Origin: Williopsis jadinii
Lineage: Eukaryota
Assembly (NCBI GenBank): GCA_024346625.1
Contig: AP024665.1
Span: forward strand, 248,001 to 312,000
DNA: 64,000 nt
Direction of reading: 5' to 3'
The position numbers and the translations under genes were made by a program. This document shows positions 1-10,769 of this stretch, piece by piece (the stretch's first letter is position 1; each line of letters opens with the position of its first letter). Below the pieces are notes generated by a model. The model saw only the letters and a program-made list of their open reading frames with translations. It did no database searches and was not told the DNA's origin.

Positions 1-370
1 CTTTGGAGAAATAACGATCTCTGGAGTGTTCATGCCCGTTACGACGAAGAGGCTCCCTGTTATCCTGATTTCTTTCCCTGTTGTCATATCTTCTGTCTCC
101 TCTGAAGCCTCTGCTTCCACCTCGGTGGTCTCTTCGGTCATCTCTTCGATCATCTCTTCTGTCATCTCTTCTGTCATCTCTACGGTCATTTCTCCTATCG
201 TTTCTTCCATCCCATCTACCGTTGTTCCTATCGTTAGGCCTTCCTTCAGGTGCCCTCTGACGTCTTCTATCATCACTGTCTATGCCTTTCCCGTTGACGC
301 TATTGGACTTTTGGCGACTATCACGAAGACTCGACTCAGAAGACTGTGGATCATTACCAATTGAAGACAT
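1..370 (-). CDS. 5' part of an Arg/Asp-rich protein, probably an RNA-processing or splicing factor; continues beyond the window
   Basis: Hand translation of the minus strand from ATG at 370 is open to the window edge: MSSIGNDPQSSESSLRDSRQ...NDRRNDRRDDRRDDRRDDRRDDRRDHRGGSRGFRGDRRY... It is missing from the ORF track because no stop lies in the window. Confidence 0.75.
   Translation of the reverse strand, partial: MSSIGNDPQSSESSLRDSRQKSNSVNGKGIDSDDRRRQRAPEGRPNDRNNGRWDGRNDRRNDRRDDRRDDRRDDRRDDRRDHRGGSRGFRGDRRYDNRERNQDNREPLRRNGHEHSRDRYFSK
128..190 (-). repeat. Coding 12-bp tandem repeat (plus-strand unit gtcatctcttct, about 5 degenerate copies) encoding (DDRR)n
   Basis: Seen directly in the sequence. 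Confidence 0.8.
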
Positions 371-1203
371 TATGAATGCCGGCAATACTAAGCGATGTAA
401 CGATGTGTCCTACTGCAACAACGACACAGTTCCTTTATATCACGTTCAATGGTACACAACACGCGTTGTTCCTGTATACCTTTTCTTGCCTTGTCTTTTG
501 TCCTTTTGTCTTTTGTCTCTTTGTCTGCTTTTCCCACGCTTCGAAAACTTTCTCTCCCATGCTCCACCCTACGCGGATTCTGGTGTCTGGATGCACCGCT
601 TCCTCTCCTATAGAGTTTTTTTCTGTGTCCCGCGATTTTGCCTGTCTTTTGTCCCATCGAGATCTGTCCCAGACAGAGAGACCGCAATACTGCGAGACAA
701 AGACAAAAATAAATAGCCTACATGTCAGAGAATATTCTATTCTTCAAACTCGGGCCCGTTCCATTGACTCAATTGTTTCCAGATCTCGTGCTCTACAATT
801 CTTGAAGAAGCCAAACTTTGTAAATCCTTATTTGCATTCCTTTTACCATCTTTCTCCCTGTCCCCTGTCTGCTTGTCCTGTGTCCCGTCCGTGTCTTGTG
901 GCTGTTTTTGCCTTCTATTTTTGTCCTCTCCTCTACAGTTTGGTCACTTTATCAAGACCTCGTACAAAAAAAAAGAGAGTTTTTCCCTTCTTATACAAAG
1001 AATGCACAGCCAGTGCTCACATCACTCACATAAATTCTCCGTCTAAACTGATCCCATTACAACCAGGAGTCACTTACACACTCTGTACACTATTAAGTGC
1101 ATCCACATTTCTCCAGGTGCCTCAAAGTATTCATTGAAGGAGCTAGTGATAGAAAGAGAGGAGCAGATAATTGACACAGCGTGCAGTTTAGTAAACAGTA
1201 ACA

Positions 1204-4200
1204 ATGTCGCTGTATACACCGGAGTACTCAGAGGAGTTGCTATCTCTAGTGACGGAGCTATACAGCGATGAGATCAAGCCACACTTGAACGAGCTGCGGT
1301 TGTTGAAGATGCTCGATCTTATGGAGATGGCACAGGCTGATTTTGAACAGTACAAGAAGTCGCTGATCGAGAACTCACATATCAAATGCCTAAAGAACTA
1401 CATCGTGGGACTGTTTTTGGTCTTCTTGGTGATCCCACAATCAATACAGTTCCAGATAAAGAACAAGAACTATGAGCTGTTCTTGTCGTTGAAGCAACTA
1501 TACGAAAGGGAGACCCATATGTCCAATGTTAAACTGCAAGTGGTTGATTACATCGCGTACATCAGTGAAAGGAAGCAACAACAGCAACAGCAGGAACACG
1601 AACACGAACAAAGCAAAAAACATCGCCAGGCTTCAACTTCGGGACTTCATGGCAGAACACTTTCAAAGGATCATAGATCCTCTACCATGCCGGCCCCGTT
1701 ATCCACTCTAGATCAAGACTTCAGTAATCTGAGGGTTTCAGAACATAATTCATCGACCACATCCCAATCTGATTCTGCTGCAGTATCCATAAACTCTGGC
1801 TCGACAAACTCTTCGATAGTGGAGGAGGTTTGGTCTCCACCAGAACTGCAACCAAAAGATCAACTCAAACTCGCAGATGGTTATGACGTTTCATTAGATT
1901 CATTGGTCCCTGAACTACCTGCTTATCCACCGCCAACTCCACCAAGGACCCGCAAACATGCATTAAGCTTCCCAATGGATCCAGAAGCACTATTGGAGGA
2001 CAGAAGAACGCCATCACCTGGTCCAGCAGCAAGTTTTGCTCAAAATCACATATTCCAATCTAAGGCTTCCAGAAGAGAATCATATAACTCGGTCTATGCG
2101 GAGGATAGCTACGAAAATGTGACAATAATCTCCCCCAAGCAGCTATACCAATCATTACTTGATACCAATATCAAGACGTTGATCTTTGACATTAGACCTT
2201 CAAAGAAATATCAGAAAAAGCACATCCCTTACAAGAACATTATCAATTTAGATCCAGTGTATGTGGAACAAAGTGAATACTATGCCCAACTAGAAGAAAC
2301 GGCTAGAACTTCCTTATCACCTGCACAATTTGCACAATTCCATGATATGGACAAATTTGACCAAGTTGTTTATTACAGCGACGGCTCCACTTCACTTGTT
2401 TCAGAGCTTGACTTCCTCGAAATGTTTGATACATTATTGAAGCAAAGGAAAATCCACCCGAAATTGATAGAAGGTGGATTCGAGTCCTGGACAAAGTTCT
2501 TGTCAAGGGAGAACATCCTTAATCCTGATTTCAAGTCAAATACGCCTGCTGCACCACTGCATCCACCACCAGCACCAACCGATCTTTCACCAAGGTCTAC
2601 ACCACAGCAACAAGATCAGCAGCAGCAAGTCCATCTGAGTAAGGCTTCGTCCAACCTTGTATCATATTTGGCACCATCTGGTCCTGCACCTCCGATTCCT
2701 CCACCTCATTTAATGACAGTGAAAGAGCAGAACGAACCAGCTGCACCTTATCCATCACAGTACTACTACACCACAACGCCATATACGAGGCCAGCAATTC
2801 CTGCACCGCAGCCACAACGTGCGCTAGTATCGGCACCGCCATCACTACCTGTACCGTCTATTCCACAATATCAACAGTATCAACAACATCCGCAATATCA
2901 ACAGCAACAGCAACAGCAACAGCAATATCAATATCAACAGCAACCGCAGTATCAACGGTATCAACCTAATTATTCAAATACAATCCATCAAAGACAAGAA
3001 CAACTGAAGAGACAGCGTATAAACTCGGCTTGTATCCCGACTATTCAAAGAAGTTCTAATGTATTTGTGAGGTTATCTATTACTGGATTGAGAAACATGG
3101 GAAACACATGTTATATAAACAGTATGATTCAGTGTTTATTTGCAACATCTAAATTCCGTGACATCTTTCTGAACAATCAGTTTGAAGACTTTATGAACGC
3201 AAATTTCCACAAGACAAAGCTTTCGCCTTCGTTGTCGTTGTTATTCAAAAAGATGTACTTGAACGGTGCATGCTCCATCGTTCCATCTGCATTCTTGAAA
3301 TCATGTGTTCATCTGAGACCTGACTTGAAAATACCATCTGAGCAACAGGACACCCAAGAATTCTTGATGTTTTTGTTGGACCATTTACACGACGAGTTGA
3401 GTAATTCCAACGTTGTTGTTAATAGTTATCCTGATTTGATGAACCACGATTACCAAGGGGATGAGTATGAAAAATGGTTTGAAACACTGGTCAAACAAGG
3501 TCTTTCACCTGTTACCAAGTATTTCCAGGGTCAATTGCAAGATAGTCTCGAGTGTCAGAATTGTGGTTTCAAATCTACTAACTACTCTACGTTTTACATG
3601 TTGAGCTTAAACATTCCCAAGTTGAGTCCTCATGGACGCAAGCTGAAGAAAGTGAACTTGGAGGATTGTATCCGGATGTTTACGCAAGATGAATTGTTGA
3701 CTGGTGATAATTCTTGGAACTGTCCCAAGTGCTCAAAGCCCAAAGCACCAAACAGCACCAGTGGTGATAAAGAACGGAAGCATCGTCATCATAGGTTCCT
3801 CGGATCTGGTTTCAAACTTCGTGGAAGATCATCAAGTCCCGCGTTTGGATCGAACGAGCGTACTTCAACGTCTCCATTCACTAATGGGAAAGGGAAAACA
3901 AAGAAGAAACCAAGCCAGAGTATTAAGAGCCTCAGATTTGTGGTCCTACCACCTATCTTAATCATCCATCTTTCCAGGTTTTTGTTCTATGACACTTCCC
4001 ATAAAGATACCACTGTTGTGACGTATCCGCTAATATTGGAGATTGACCATAAGGGTAAAACTGCACGTTACAAGCTCTATGGTGTTGTTAACCATACCGG
4101 TACTTTGAAGTCTGGACATTACACTTCGATCGCTAACAAGAACCTAGATCATGACTTGATGAAACCTGACTGGTACTACTTTGACGATGAAGTCGTCAAG

Positions 4201-4293
4201 CATACAAACCACGGCAGTTATAATGGCACCGATCAGACACACATGAGTAATTCTGAGGTTTACGTGTTGTTTTATGAACGAATCGATGACTGA
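1204..4293 (+). CDS. UBP7: Ubiquitin-specific protease with rhodanese-like domain (Ubp7/Ubp11 family)
   Basis: Cys box ITGLRNMGNTCYINSMIQCL, QQDTQEF motif, His box GVVNHTGTLKSGHY, WYYFDD; rhodanese-like LIFDIRP segment; Pro/Gln-rich linker. Confidence 0.85.
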   Translation: MSLYTPEYSEELLSLVTELYSDEIKPHLNELRLLKMLDLMEMAQADFEQYKKSLIENSHIKCLKNYIVGLFLVFLVIPQSIQFQIKNKNYELFLSLKQLYERETHMSNVKLQVVDYIAYISERKQQQQQQEHEHEQSKKHRQASTSGLHGRTLSKDHRSSTMPAPLSTLDQDFSNLRVSEHNSSTTSQSDSAAVSINSGSTNSSIVEEVWSPPELQPKDQLKLADGYDVSLDSLVPELPAYPPPTPPRTRKHALSFPMDPEALLEDRRTPSPGPAASFAQNHIFQSKASRRESYNSVYAEDSYENVTIISPKQLYQSLLDTNIKTLIFDIRPSKKYQKKHIPYKNIINLDPVYVEQSEYYAQLEETARTSLSPAQFAQFHDMDKFDQVVYYSDGSTSLVSELDFLEMFDTLLKQRKIHPKLIEGGFESWTKFLSRENILNPDFKSNTPAAPLHPPPAPTDLSPRSTPQQQDQQQQVHLSKASSNLVSYLAPSGPAPPIPPPHLMTVKEQNEPAAPYPSQYYYTTTPYTRPAIPAPQPQRALVSAPPSLPVPSIPQYQQYQQHPQYQQQQQQQQQYQYQQQPQYQRYQPNYSNTIHQRQEQLKRQRINSACIPTIQRSSNVFVRLSITGLRNMGNTCYINSMIQCLFATSKFRDIFLNNQFEDFMNANFHKTKLSPSLSLLFKKMYLNGACSIVPSAFLKSCVHLRPDLKIPSEQQDTQEFLMFLLDHLHDELSNSNVVVNSYPDLMNHDYQGDEYEKWFETLVKQGLSPVTKYFQGQLQDSLECQNCGFKSTNYSTFYMLSLNIPKLSPHGRKLKKVNLEDCIRMFTQDELLTGDNSWNCPKCSKPKAPNSTSGDKERKHRHHRFLGSGFKLRGRSSSPAFGSNERTSTSPFTNGKGKTKKKPSQSIKSLRFVVLPPILIIHLSRFLFYDTSHKDTTVVTYPLILEIDHKGKTARYKLYGVVNHTGTLKSGHYTSIANKNLDHDLMKPDWYYFDDEVVKHTNHGSYNGTDQTHMSNSEVYVLFYERIDD

Positions 4294-5195
4294 TCTGGCT
4301 GCTTGATCTTATTACCTAATTAATGGATTCGCCTTCTTGTTAAGGAGACTTGCTATAGCATTGATACCGCATATTCTATCTCTCTCCCTCCCTCTCCCTC
4401 GCTGACCCAACTGCTGGGCTGTAGAACGTCTGAATCTGGGGTAAACACATCTAAATCCAGACACCAGTTATATTGGTAGGACCACGCTCGAACTGTCCAG
4501 TCAGCGTTTCAGCCGGGTGCCGAAACCAGTCAGTAGTTCCTAGACTAATATACCGTTCAACATCATTGTGGGACTACTGTGATGGTATGTTGGCAGATGT
4601 ACGCTGGTTAGTCGGCCCATCTTTGTAATTCAGTCCTTGTAGGTCAGTACTACGAATTGGTCGGGAGGTAACGCAGAGTGGGGCCGTTTCCACTCTTTCG
4701 AGCCAAGTAACACGTATGGCTGGAAAAGACGTGCAAATGCGGCATTGGCGTGTGTATGTGGGTGGGAAATATGAATCATTCGCATGAGCAAAACGACTCA
4801 TACCAGACTCAAGACAATTTGCGATCGTACAGTGATGCTACCCGGACAATCGGTACACCTCTAAAAGACATTCACTCAATTGTTTGAGTGAACATAGTCA
4901 CAATAACGAGACTACAATGGCGTGAATTAACTACATTGGGCATGTCCAACGCAGTGGAACCACAACGCTCTCCCTCTCCTCCACCCGTCCACCGTGTTCT
5001 CACCCCCGGTTTAAACACAGTTGACACCTTCCATGGCCCCAAAAACATCCAGACACCGTTCCCCATATTTCGCGTGTTTGGCCGCTCCAGACATTCTTCC
5101 AATGGACAAACCTTATTAACCCCACGCCGCACACAGTGCCAATTTTTCCCTTCCCTCTCAATGGTGAAAATTTTCCACAAAGCATTGCATTTTCG

Positions 5196-5205
5196 CCGGT
5201 TCCGG
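5196..5205. promoter_or_regulatory. Leu3-type binding site CCGGTTCCGG upstream of ILV2
   Basis: Matches the CCG-N4-CGG / CCGGNNCCGG Leu3 consensus about 470 bp upstream of a known Leu3 target gene. Confidence 0.75.
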
Positions 5206-5677
5206 TCAGCACCAACCACTTGCCAGACTGGCACCTCAAACACGGAGCATTTCTAGCCAGTGAAAGCCGAATAAACCACTCCCGTCAAATAATCATCCGT
5301 AGTGATACCACCTCCACCTGTCAATGACCGTTCATATTTAATTGTCCAGTGGTTTGTCCCAGTTTCACCTGGCCAGAGGTTTTTTTTGTCTCTGCCGTTG
5401 CCGCTGTTTTGTCACAGCTTCCAGACGCAAAACAAGCGAAAAAAGAAACAACCGAAGGGAAAAAACAAACGCACAGCTGAAAAGTTGTACACGATGATTC
5501 ATCGGACAGGACAGAAAAAAAAAGCATGAAAAATTTCACTAACCACGCACACAGAGCCCTTTTTTTTCCTCTTCTCTTCCTTCCTTCTTTCTTTCTTCCT
5601 TTTGACACAAGAAACAAACCACCTGTTCTTTTATTAGGTACTACAGAGGGATTGATTGATCAACAAGGAACTTCAGC

Positions 5678-7705
5678 ATGCTTTCCATCAGATCCCAGAG
5701 TGTCCGTTCGCTCTCGAAGAACTCCACTATAACCCTCTCAAAGGTGATCGCTTGTCGTGTAAATGTCCGCCGTTACAGACATGCGACCGCTACTGCCACG
5801 AGACCAGAGCCGGCTCCTTCATTTGCAAGCGAGAGCCAAGTGCCACCGGAGGCATCTAACCTGGGCGACTTGTTGCAGAAGCCAGCTACGGAGCTCGATA
5901 ACTCGCTTGTGGGGCTCACAGGTGGTGAGATCTTCCACGAAATGATGATCAGACATGAGGTTGACACTGTGTTTGGTTACCCAGGTGGTGCTATCTTACC
6001 TGTCTATGATGCTATTTACAACTCTGACAAGTTCAAATTCGTTCTTCCAAGACACGAACAAGGTGCCGGTCACATGGCGGAAGGTTACGCAAGAGCTTCT
6101 GGTAAGCCAGGTGTTGTCTTGGTTACTTCTGGTCCAGGTGCTACGAATGTTGTCACCCCAATGGCTGACGCTTTGGCTGATGGTATTCCATTGGTTGTCT
6201 TCACAGGCCAAGTTGCCACTTCTGCCATTGGTACGGATGCCTTCCAAGAGGCTGATGTTGTCGGTATCTCTAGATCCTGTACCAAGTGGAACGTCATGGT
6301 GAAAGACGTTGCCGAATTACCAAGACGTATTAACGAAGCTTTTGAAATCGCCACCTCCGGTAGACCAGGTCCTGTTTTGGTTGATTTGCCTAAGAATGTG
6401 ACCGCTGCTGTTCTCAACCACGCAATTCCAATCAAATCCACTTTACCATCAAACGCACTTCAACAGATCACACAAGCTGCTGCCACCGAATTCACGATGG
6501 CCGCAATCAAGAGATCTGCTGATTTGCTCAACCAAGCAAAGAAGCCAGTTATCTATGCTGGTAACGGTATCTTGAACTCTGAAGAAGGACCAGCTTTGCT
6601 CAAGGAATTGGCTGACAAGTGTCAAATTCCAGTCACAACTACTCTCCAAGCACTTGGTGCATTTGATCAAGAGGATCCAAAGTCATTGGATATGTTGGGT
6701 ATGCACGGTTCTGCTTTCGCTAACTTGGCTATCCAAAACGCTGACTGTATCATTGCATTGGGTGCCAGATTCGACGACCGTGTCACTGGTAGTATTCCAA
6801 AGTTTGCGCCAGAGGCTCAAAAGGCTGCCACTGAAGGACGTGGTGGTATTATCCATTTCGAGATTGCTCCAAAGAACATCAACAAGGTTATTCAGGCAAC
6901 AGAAGCCGTTGAAGGTGACGTTACAAAGAACCTCAGGGCATTCATTCCATTGCTTAACGAAGTGAAGGCTAGACCAACGTGGTTTGACCAAATCAAAAAG
7001 TGGAAGCACAAGTACCCATACGAGTACTCCAAGGAGACTCCAGGCTCAAAGATTAAACCACAAACATTAATTTCCGAGTTATCAAAGCTTTGTAACGAAT
7101 CTGGTAAGGAAACCATTGTCACAACTGGTGTTGGTCAACATCAAATGTGGGCTGCTCAACACTGGACCTGGAAAAACCCAAGAACTTTCATCACCTCTGG
7201 TGGTTTGGGTACCATGGGTTACGGTTTACCAGCTGCTATTGGTGCTCAAGTTGCTAAGCCAGATGCTATCGTCATTGACATTGATGGTGATGCATCTTTC
7301 AACATGACCCTTATGGAAATGTCTTCAGCCGTGCAAGCAGGAGCACCAGTGAAAGTGTGTGTGCTCAATAATGAGGAGCAAGGTATGGTTACACAATGGC
7401 AATCTCTCTTCTACAAGCACCGTTACTCCCACACACATCAATCTAACCCAGATTTCATGAAGCTTTCCGAGGCTATGGGATTCGAAGGAATTAGAATTGA
7501 AAAGCAAGAGGACTTGATCCCAGGCTTGAAGAAGTTCTTGGCTGCTGAGAAACCAGTCTTGCTTGAAGTTATTGTAGAGAAGAAGGTTCCAGTCTTGCCA
7601 ATGGTTCCAGCTGGTAAAGCCCTTGATGAGTTCATCGTATATGATGCTGCGGTGGAGAAGGCTGAAAAGAAGCTTAGATCTGAGCGTACCGGTGGTAAGC
7701 ACTGA
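5678..7705 (+). CDS. ILV2: Acetolactate synthase catalytic subunit, mitochondrial
   Basis: FGYPGGAILP, RHEQGAGHMAEGYAR, TSGPGATN, TPP-binding DIDGDASF...NN motif; basic N-terminal presequence. Confidence 0.97.
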   Translation: MLSIRSQSVRSLSKNSTITLSKVIACRVNVRRYRHATATATRPEPAPSFASESQVPPEASNLGDLLQKPATELDNSLVGLTGGEIFHEMMIRHEVDTVFGYPGGAILPVYDAIYNSDKFKFVLPRHEQGAGHMAEGYARASGKPGVVLVTSGPGATNVVTPMADALADGIPLVVFTGQVATSAIGTDAFQEADVVGISRSCTKWNVMVKDVAELPRRINEAFEIATSGRPGPVLVDLPKNVTAAVLNHAIPIKSTLPSNALQQITQAAATEFTMAAIKRSADLLNQAKKPVIYAGNGILNSEEGPALLKELADKCQIPVTTTLQALGAFDQEDPKSLDMLGMHGSAFANLAIQNADCIIALGARFDDRVTGSIPKFAPEAQKAATEGRGGIIHFEIAPKNINKVIQATEAVEGDVTKNLRAFIPLLNEVKARPTWFDQIKKWKHKYPYEYSKETPGSKIKPQTLISELSKLCNESGKETIVTTGVGQHQMWAAQHWTWKNPRTFITSGGLGTMGYGLPAAIGAQVAKPDAIVIDIDGDASFNMTLMEMSSAVQAGAPVKVCVLNNEEQGMVTQWQSLFYKHRYSHTHQSNPDFMKLSEAMGFEGIRIEKQEDLIPGLKKFLAAEKPVLLEVIVEKKVPVLPMVPAGKALDEFIVYDAAVEKAEKKLRSERTGGKH

Positions 7706-7939
7706 GTTCTTTGATGCATACTCAAACATGAAATTAATCCGCATCACAGTTGCATAATGACGTTATTATTTCTTTCTTATGTTTATTTGTTTTTGGTTAT
7801 TCATGATTCTTTACGATAGTTCATGATTGGAGGGAAGGAGAGTAGCGTGTAGGGGTGTCACTGCTTGAATGAGTTTCAATTCCTCATAATAGGAGGAAGA
7901 CAAGAGAGAGAGAAAAAAGTTCCTAGTTGTTGTTGTTTC

Positions 7940-7957
7940 ATATATATATATATATAT
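7940..7957. repeat. (AT)9 microsatellite in the convergent ILV2/MMSDH terminator region, likely a TATATA efficiency element
   Basis: Seen directly in the sequence. Confidence 0.75.
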
Positions 7958-8012
7958 TTCTACTTTTATTAAATCTTATTTTTTGTTAATCAGTAAACTG
8001 AGCTGTGTACAA

Positions 8013-9620
8013 TTAGTTTTGAGTTGGCATGGATGTCGATGGTTTTGTTTCCTCCACCAAGGACGTCTTCCACAAGCTTGTAATGGTCTTTGGCTTTGTC
8101 AAGAAAGTCAAACCAGCCTGACCGTAGAAGTTCAAATCTCCCTGGAAGGAACCTTTACTACCTGTGAAGGAGAACATTGGCAATGGTACTGGGATTGGAA
8201 CGTTGATACCAACCTGACCCGGCTCTATCTCCTTGACGAACTTCTTAGCATAGATACCTGAGGTGGTGAACAAAGCAACACCGTTACCGTATTGGTTGCT
8301 GTTGACGAGCTCGATCGCCTCATCCAATGTATCAACGTTGATAACACACAACACTGGGGCAAAGATCTCCTCGTCGTATGCAATGTTTCCAGGTGTCGCA
8401 CCAGTCAAGATGGTTGGGCCCAAAAAGTATCCGTCAGGGAAGCCCTCAACTTTGATATCACGTCCATCGAGAACAACCTTAGCACCTTGTTTCACACCCT
8501 GTTCGATGATCTTGTGGGAGCGTTCTAAAGCAGCTTTGGAGATCAATGGACCCAAATGAGAACCCTTGTCAAACCCAGAACCTGTCTTCAGCTGCTTTGA
8601 GGCCTCAATCAAATCATCAATCCACTCTTTTGTCTCACCAACGGTAACCAAGACAGATGCAGCCATACATCTTTGACCAGCTGCACCGGCAAATGCACCA
8701 ACAGTGGCATTGATGAATTGGGCCTTGTTGGCATCTGGCAAAACGACAACGTGGTTCTTTGCAGCTTCATTGCACTGTGCTCTCTTACCGTGTGCGATAG
8801 AGGTCTTGTAAATGTAATCACCAGCAGTTGAAGACCCCACAAATTGCACTGCTTTGACCAATGGATGTTTGATCAAGGTGTTGACAGTGTCAACTTTACC
8901 TTGAACCAAGTTGATAACACCAGGTGGGACACCAGCCTCGACAAGCAATTCTGCCAATACCGAGCAACAGCCTGGATCACGCTCAGAAGGTTTAATAACT
9001 GCCGTGTTACCAGTGGCTAAAACCATTGGGATTGTCCACAATGGGATCATGGCAGGGAAGTTGAATGGACAGATTGCGGCAACCACTCCCAATGGCTCAC
9101 GGATCATCAAGGTGTCCATATCAGTAGCAACTTCCAACTGTTGTCCTTGTAGCTGCGTGGTAACACTTGTTGCGTACTCTGCAACTTGCAAACCTCTCAA
9201 GACGTCACCCTTGGCGTCATCGAATGTCTTACCTTGTTCTGCAACAATCACCGCAGCCAATCTGTCGTGGTTCTTCTTGATCAACTCCACATACTTGAAG
9301 ATGATCTGTTGTCTTCTCATGATGGACACCTTCTTCCAAGACTTGAATGCCTCGTGGGCGTTGGTGATTGCCTCTTCCAACTCCTCGGCAGTGGTCTGTG
9401 GACACTTGGAGATAACAATGTCAGTTGCTGGGTCGTGGATATCATACCATTCCGTGGCTTTGGAGACTCTGAACTCGTTGTTGATGAACAACGGAGTCAA
9501 GTATGGCTCAGTACCACTCTTGGTATGGCTAGTTGGGTAATCGGTGGTTGTGGAGTTGAGGGCGAACTGTCTTGTCATTGGTAAGCGTGAGAGTACTCCT
9601 TTACAGGCTTTACTTAGCAT
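8013..9620 (-). CDS. Methylmalonate/malonate-semialdehyde dehydrogenase (CoA-acylating, ALDH6 family), mitochondrial
   Basis: ICPFNFPAMIPLW, KPSERDPG, AKNH, GAAGQRCMA (catalytic Cys), EEIFAPVL, GQVGINVPIPVPLPMFSFTG; presequence-like N-terminus. Confidence 0.93.
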   Translation of the reverse strand: MLSKACKGVLSRLPMTRQFALNSTTTDYPTSHTKSGTEPYLTPLFINNEFRVSKATEWYDIHDPATDIVISKCPQTTAEELEEAITNAHEAFKSWKKVSIMRRQQIIFKYVELIKKNHDRLAAVIVAEQGKTFDDAKGDVLRGLQVAEYATSVTTQLQGQQLEVATDMDTLMIREPLGVVAAICPFNFPAMIPLWTIPMVLATGNTAVIKPSERDPGCCSVLAELLVEAGVPPGVINLVQGKVDTVNTLIKHPLVKAVQFVGSSTAGDYIYKTSIAHGKRAQCNEAAKNHVVVLPDANKAQFINATVGAFAGAAGQRCMAASVLVTVGETKEWIDDLIEASKQLKTGSGFDKGSHLGPLISKAALERSHKIIEQGVKQGAKVVLDGRDIKVEGFPDGYFLGPTILTGATPGNIAYDEEIFAPVLCVINVDTLDEAIELVNSNQYGNGVALFTTSGIYAKKFVKEIEPGQVGINVPIPVPLPMFSFTGSKGSFQGDLNFYGQAGLTFLTKPKTITSLWKTSLVEETKPSTSMPTQN

Positions 9621-10769
9621 AAGAGAGGTTCCAATGGAGTCGAAGAAGAAAGCTGGAAGAAAGGGAAACAGTACGGATATTTATACTCCACGCTCCACTA
9701 CACATCGTCAACAGCTGGCGGTTCAAAGCGTTTCCGTTATCAGCAACCGCTGTGAAAGCACCGTTGAGCATTGTGTCAGTGGCATTGAAGCGTTGGCGGG
9801 ATGCGATGCCCGTAAAAGAGGTTTTTTTCTGTTTTTGTGTTGCTTTGCGTGTTTTTGTGTCGCTCGCTGCATTGCGTGTGGCGGAGAGAGGGGATTTTGG
9901 GGGGTTCCCCCAGCAGTTTTTCTGCGGATCAGCAAATTTGTGCGGAGAGAGGAACTGCTGGTGTTTGGGCCCAGTACTTGACGCTCTCTCGACTGTTAAT
10001 CGAAATAGAATACGTTGCTGCTGCCTTCGAGGGAGGCCATCAATCGGGAGAAAACTGACCAGTTCGCTATCTGAAAACGTCTCCGAGGGCTGGGCCTGCT
10101 GTTTCTGGACGGCCTAAAAGGTGCTCAAGGTCGTACGTTGTATATCCAAAACTGCAGACTTCCCGGGGTCCTAAGGATGACTCCATTGCCCCAGATGGGT
10201 TGGATCAGTTCGGGGTAGGCTTCCCTACAAATAGTCATTTTCATTGTGCTGGAAGTGCTTTGGGCGCGCGCGCACACACACATACTCACGTTGATGGCCA
10301 CTCTTTGTTTTTTGGTAGGGACAGCTCCGACGGAGATGGCCCTCCTATTAGCAGCTCAGTTCCTCATTGCCAGTAATAAAGTTCGCTAATCTTCTGGCTA
10401 CGCTTGTCGTGCAACTGCGTTCTGCCATGGCTGCGATAACAGAAGAGACTGTGATTGCAGTTCGCCGGTGGTGGCACTTAACAAGTTACGCACAGCATGT
10501 TAATAATGCACATGTTTGAGTAAAGGCTCGTTCTTTTCTGGTTTGGCTACGTATACAAATTTCGATATCTGGTTCCTGAATGTATAAAAGTAGCATGGTG
10601 CAAAGATTCATAGGCACGATCTATGTCCAGCTGGTGAGGCCCATCTCCGGTTCGCGCTCTATACGCAGGAGGAGGACTATGGCGGCGCGCACATCGGTTG
10701 GTGATCATACAGAAGAATGCACAAGTGTTCGGCTACTGTAATCAACAACAAAAAAGAACATATATAAGA

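Noticed and set aside
26..1137. Plus-strand ORFs 26..364, 282..716 and 376..1137
   Set aside because: The first is the antisense shadow of the RD-repeat gene; the others are stop-poor because of pyrimidine-rich promoter sequence and show no protein-like features.
5763..9584. Many antisense and alternate-frame ORFs within ILV2 and MMSDH (also in KGD2 and MET17)
   Set aside because: Expected by-product of strong codon bias in highly expressed genes.
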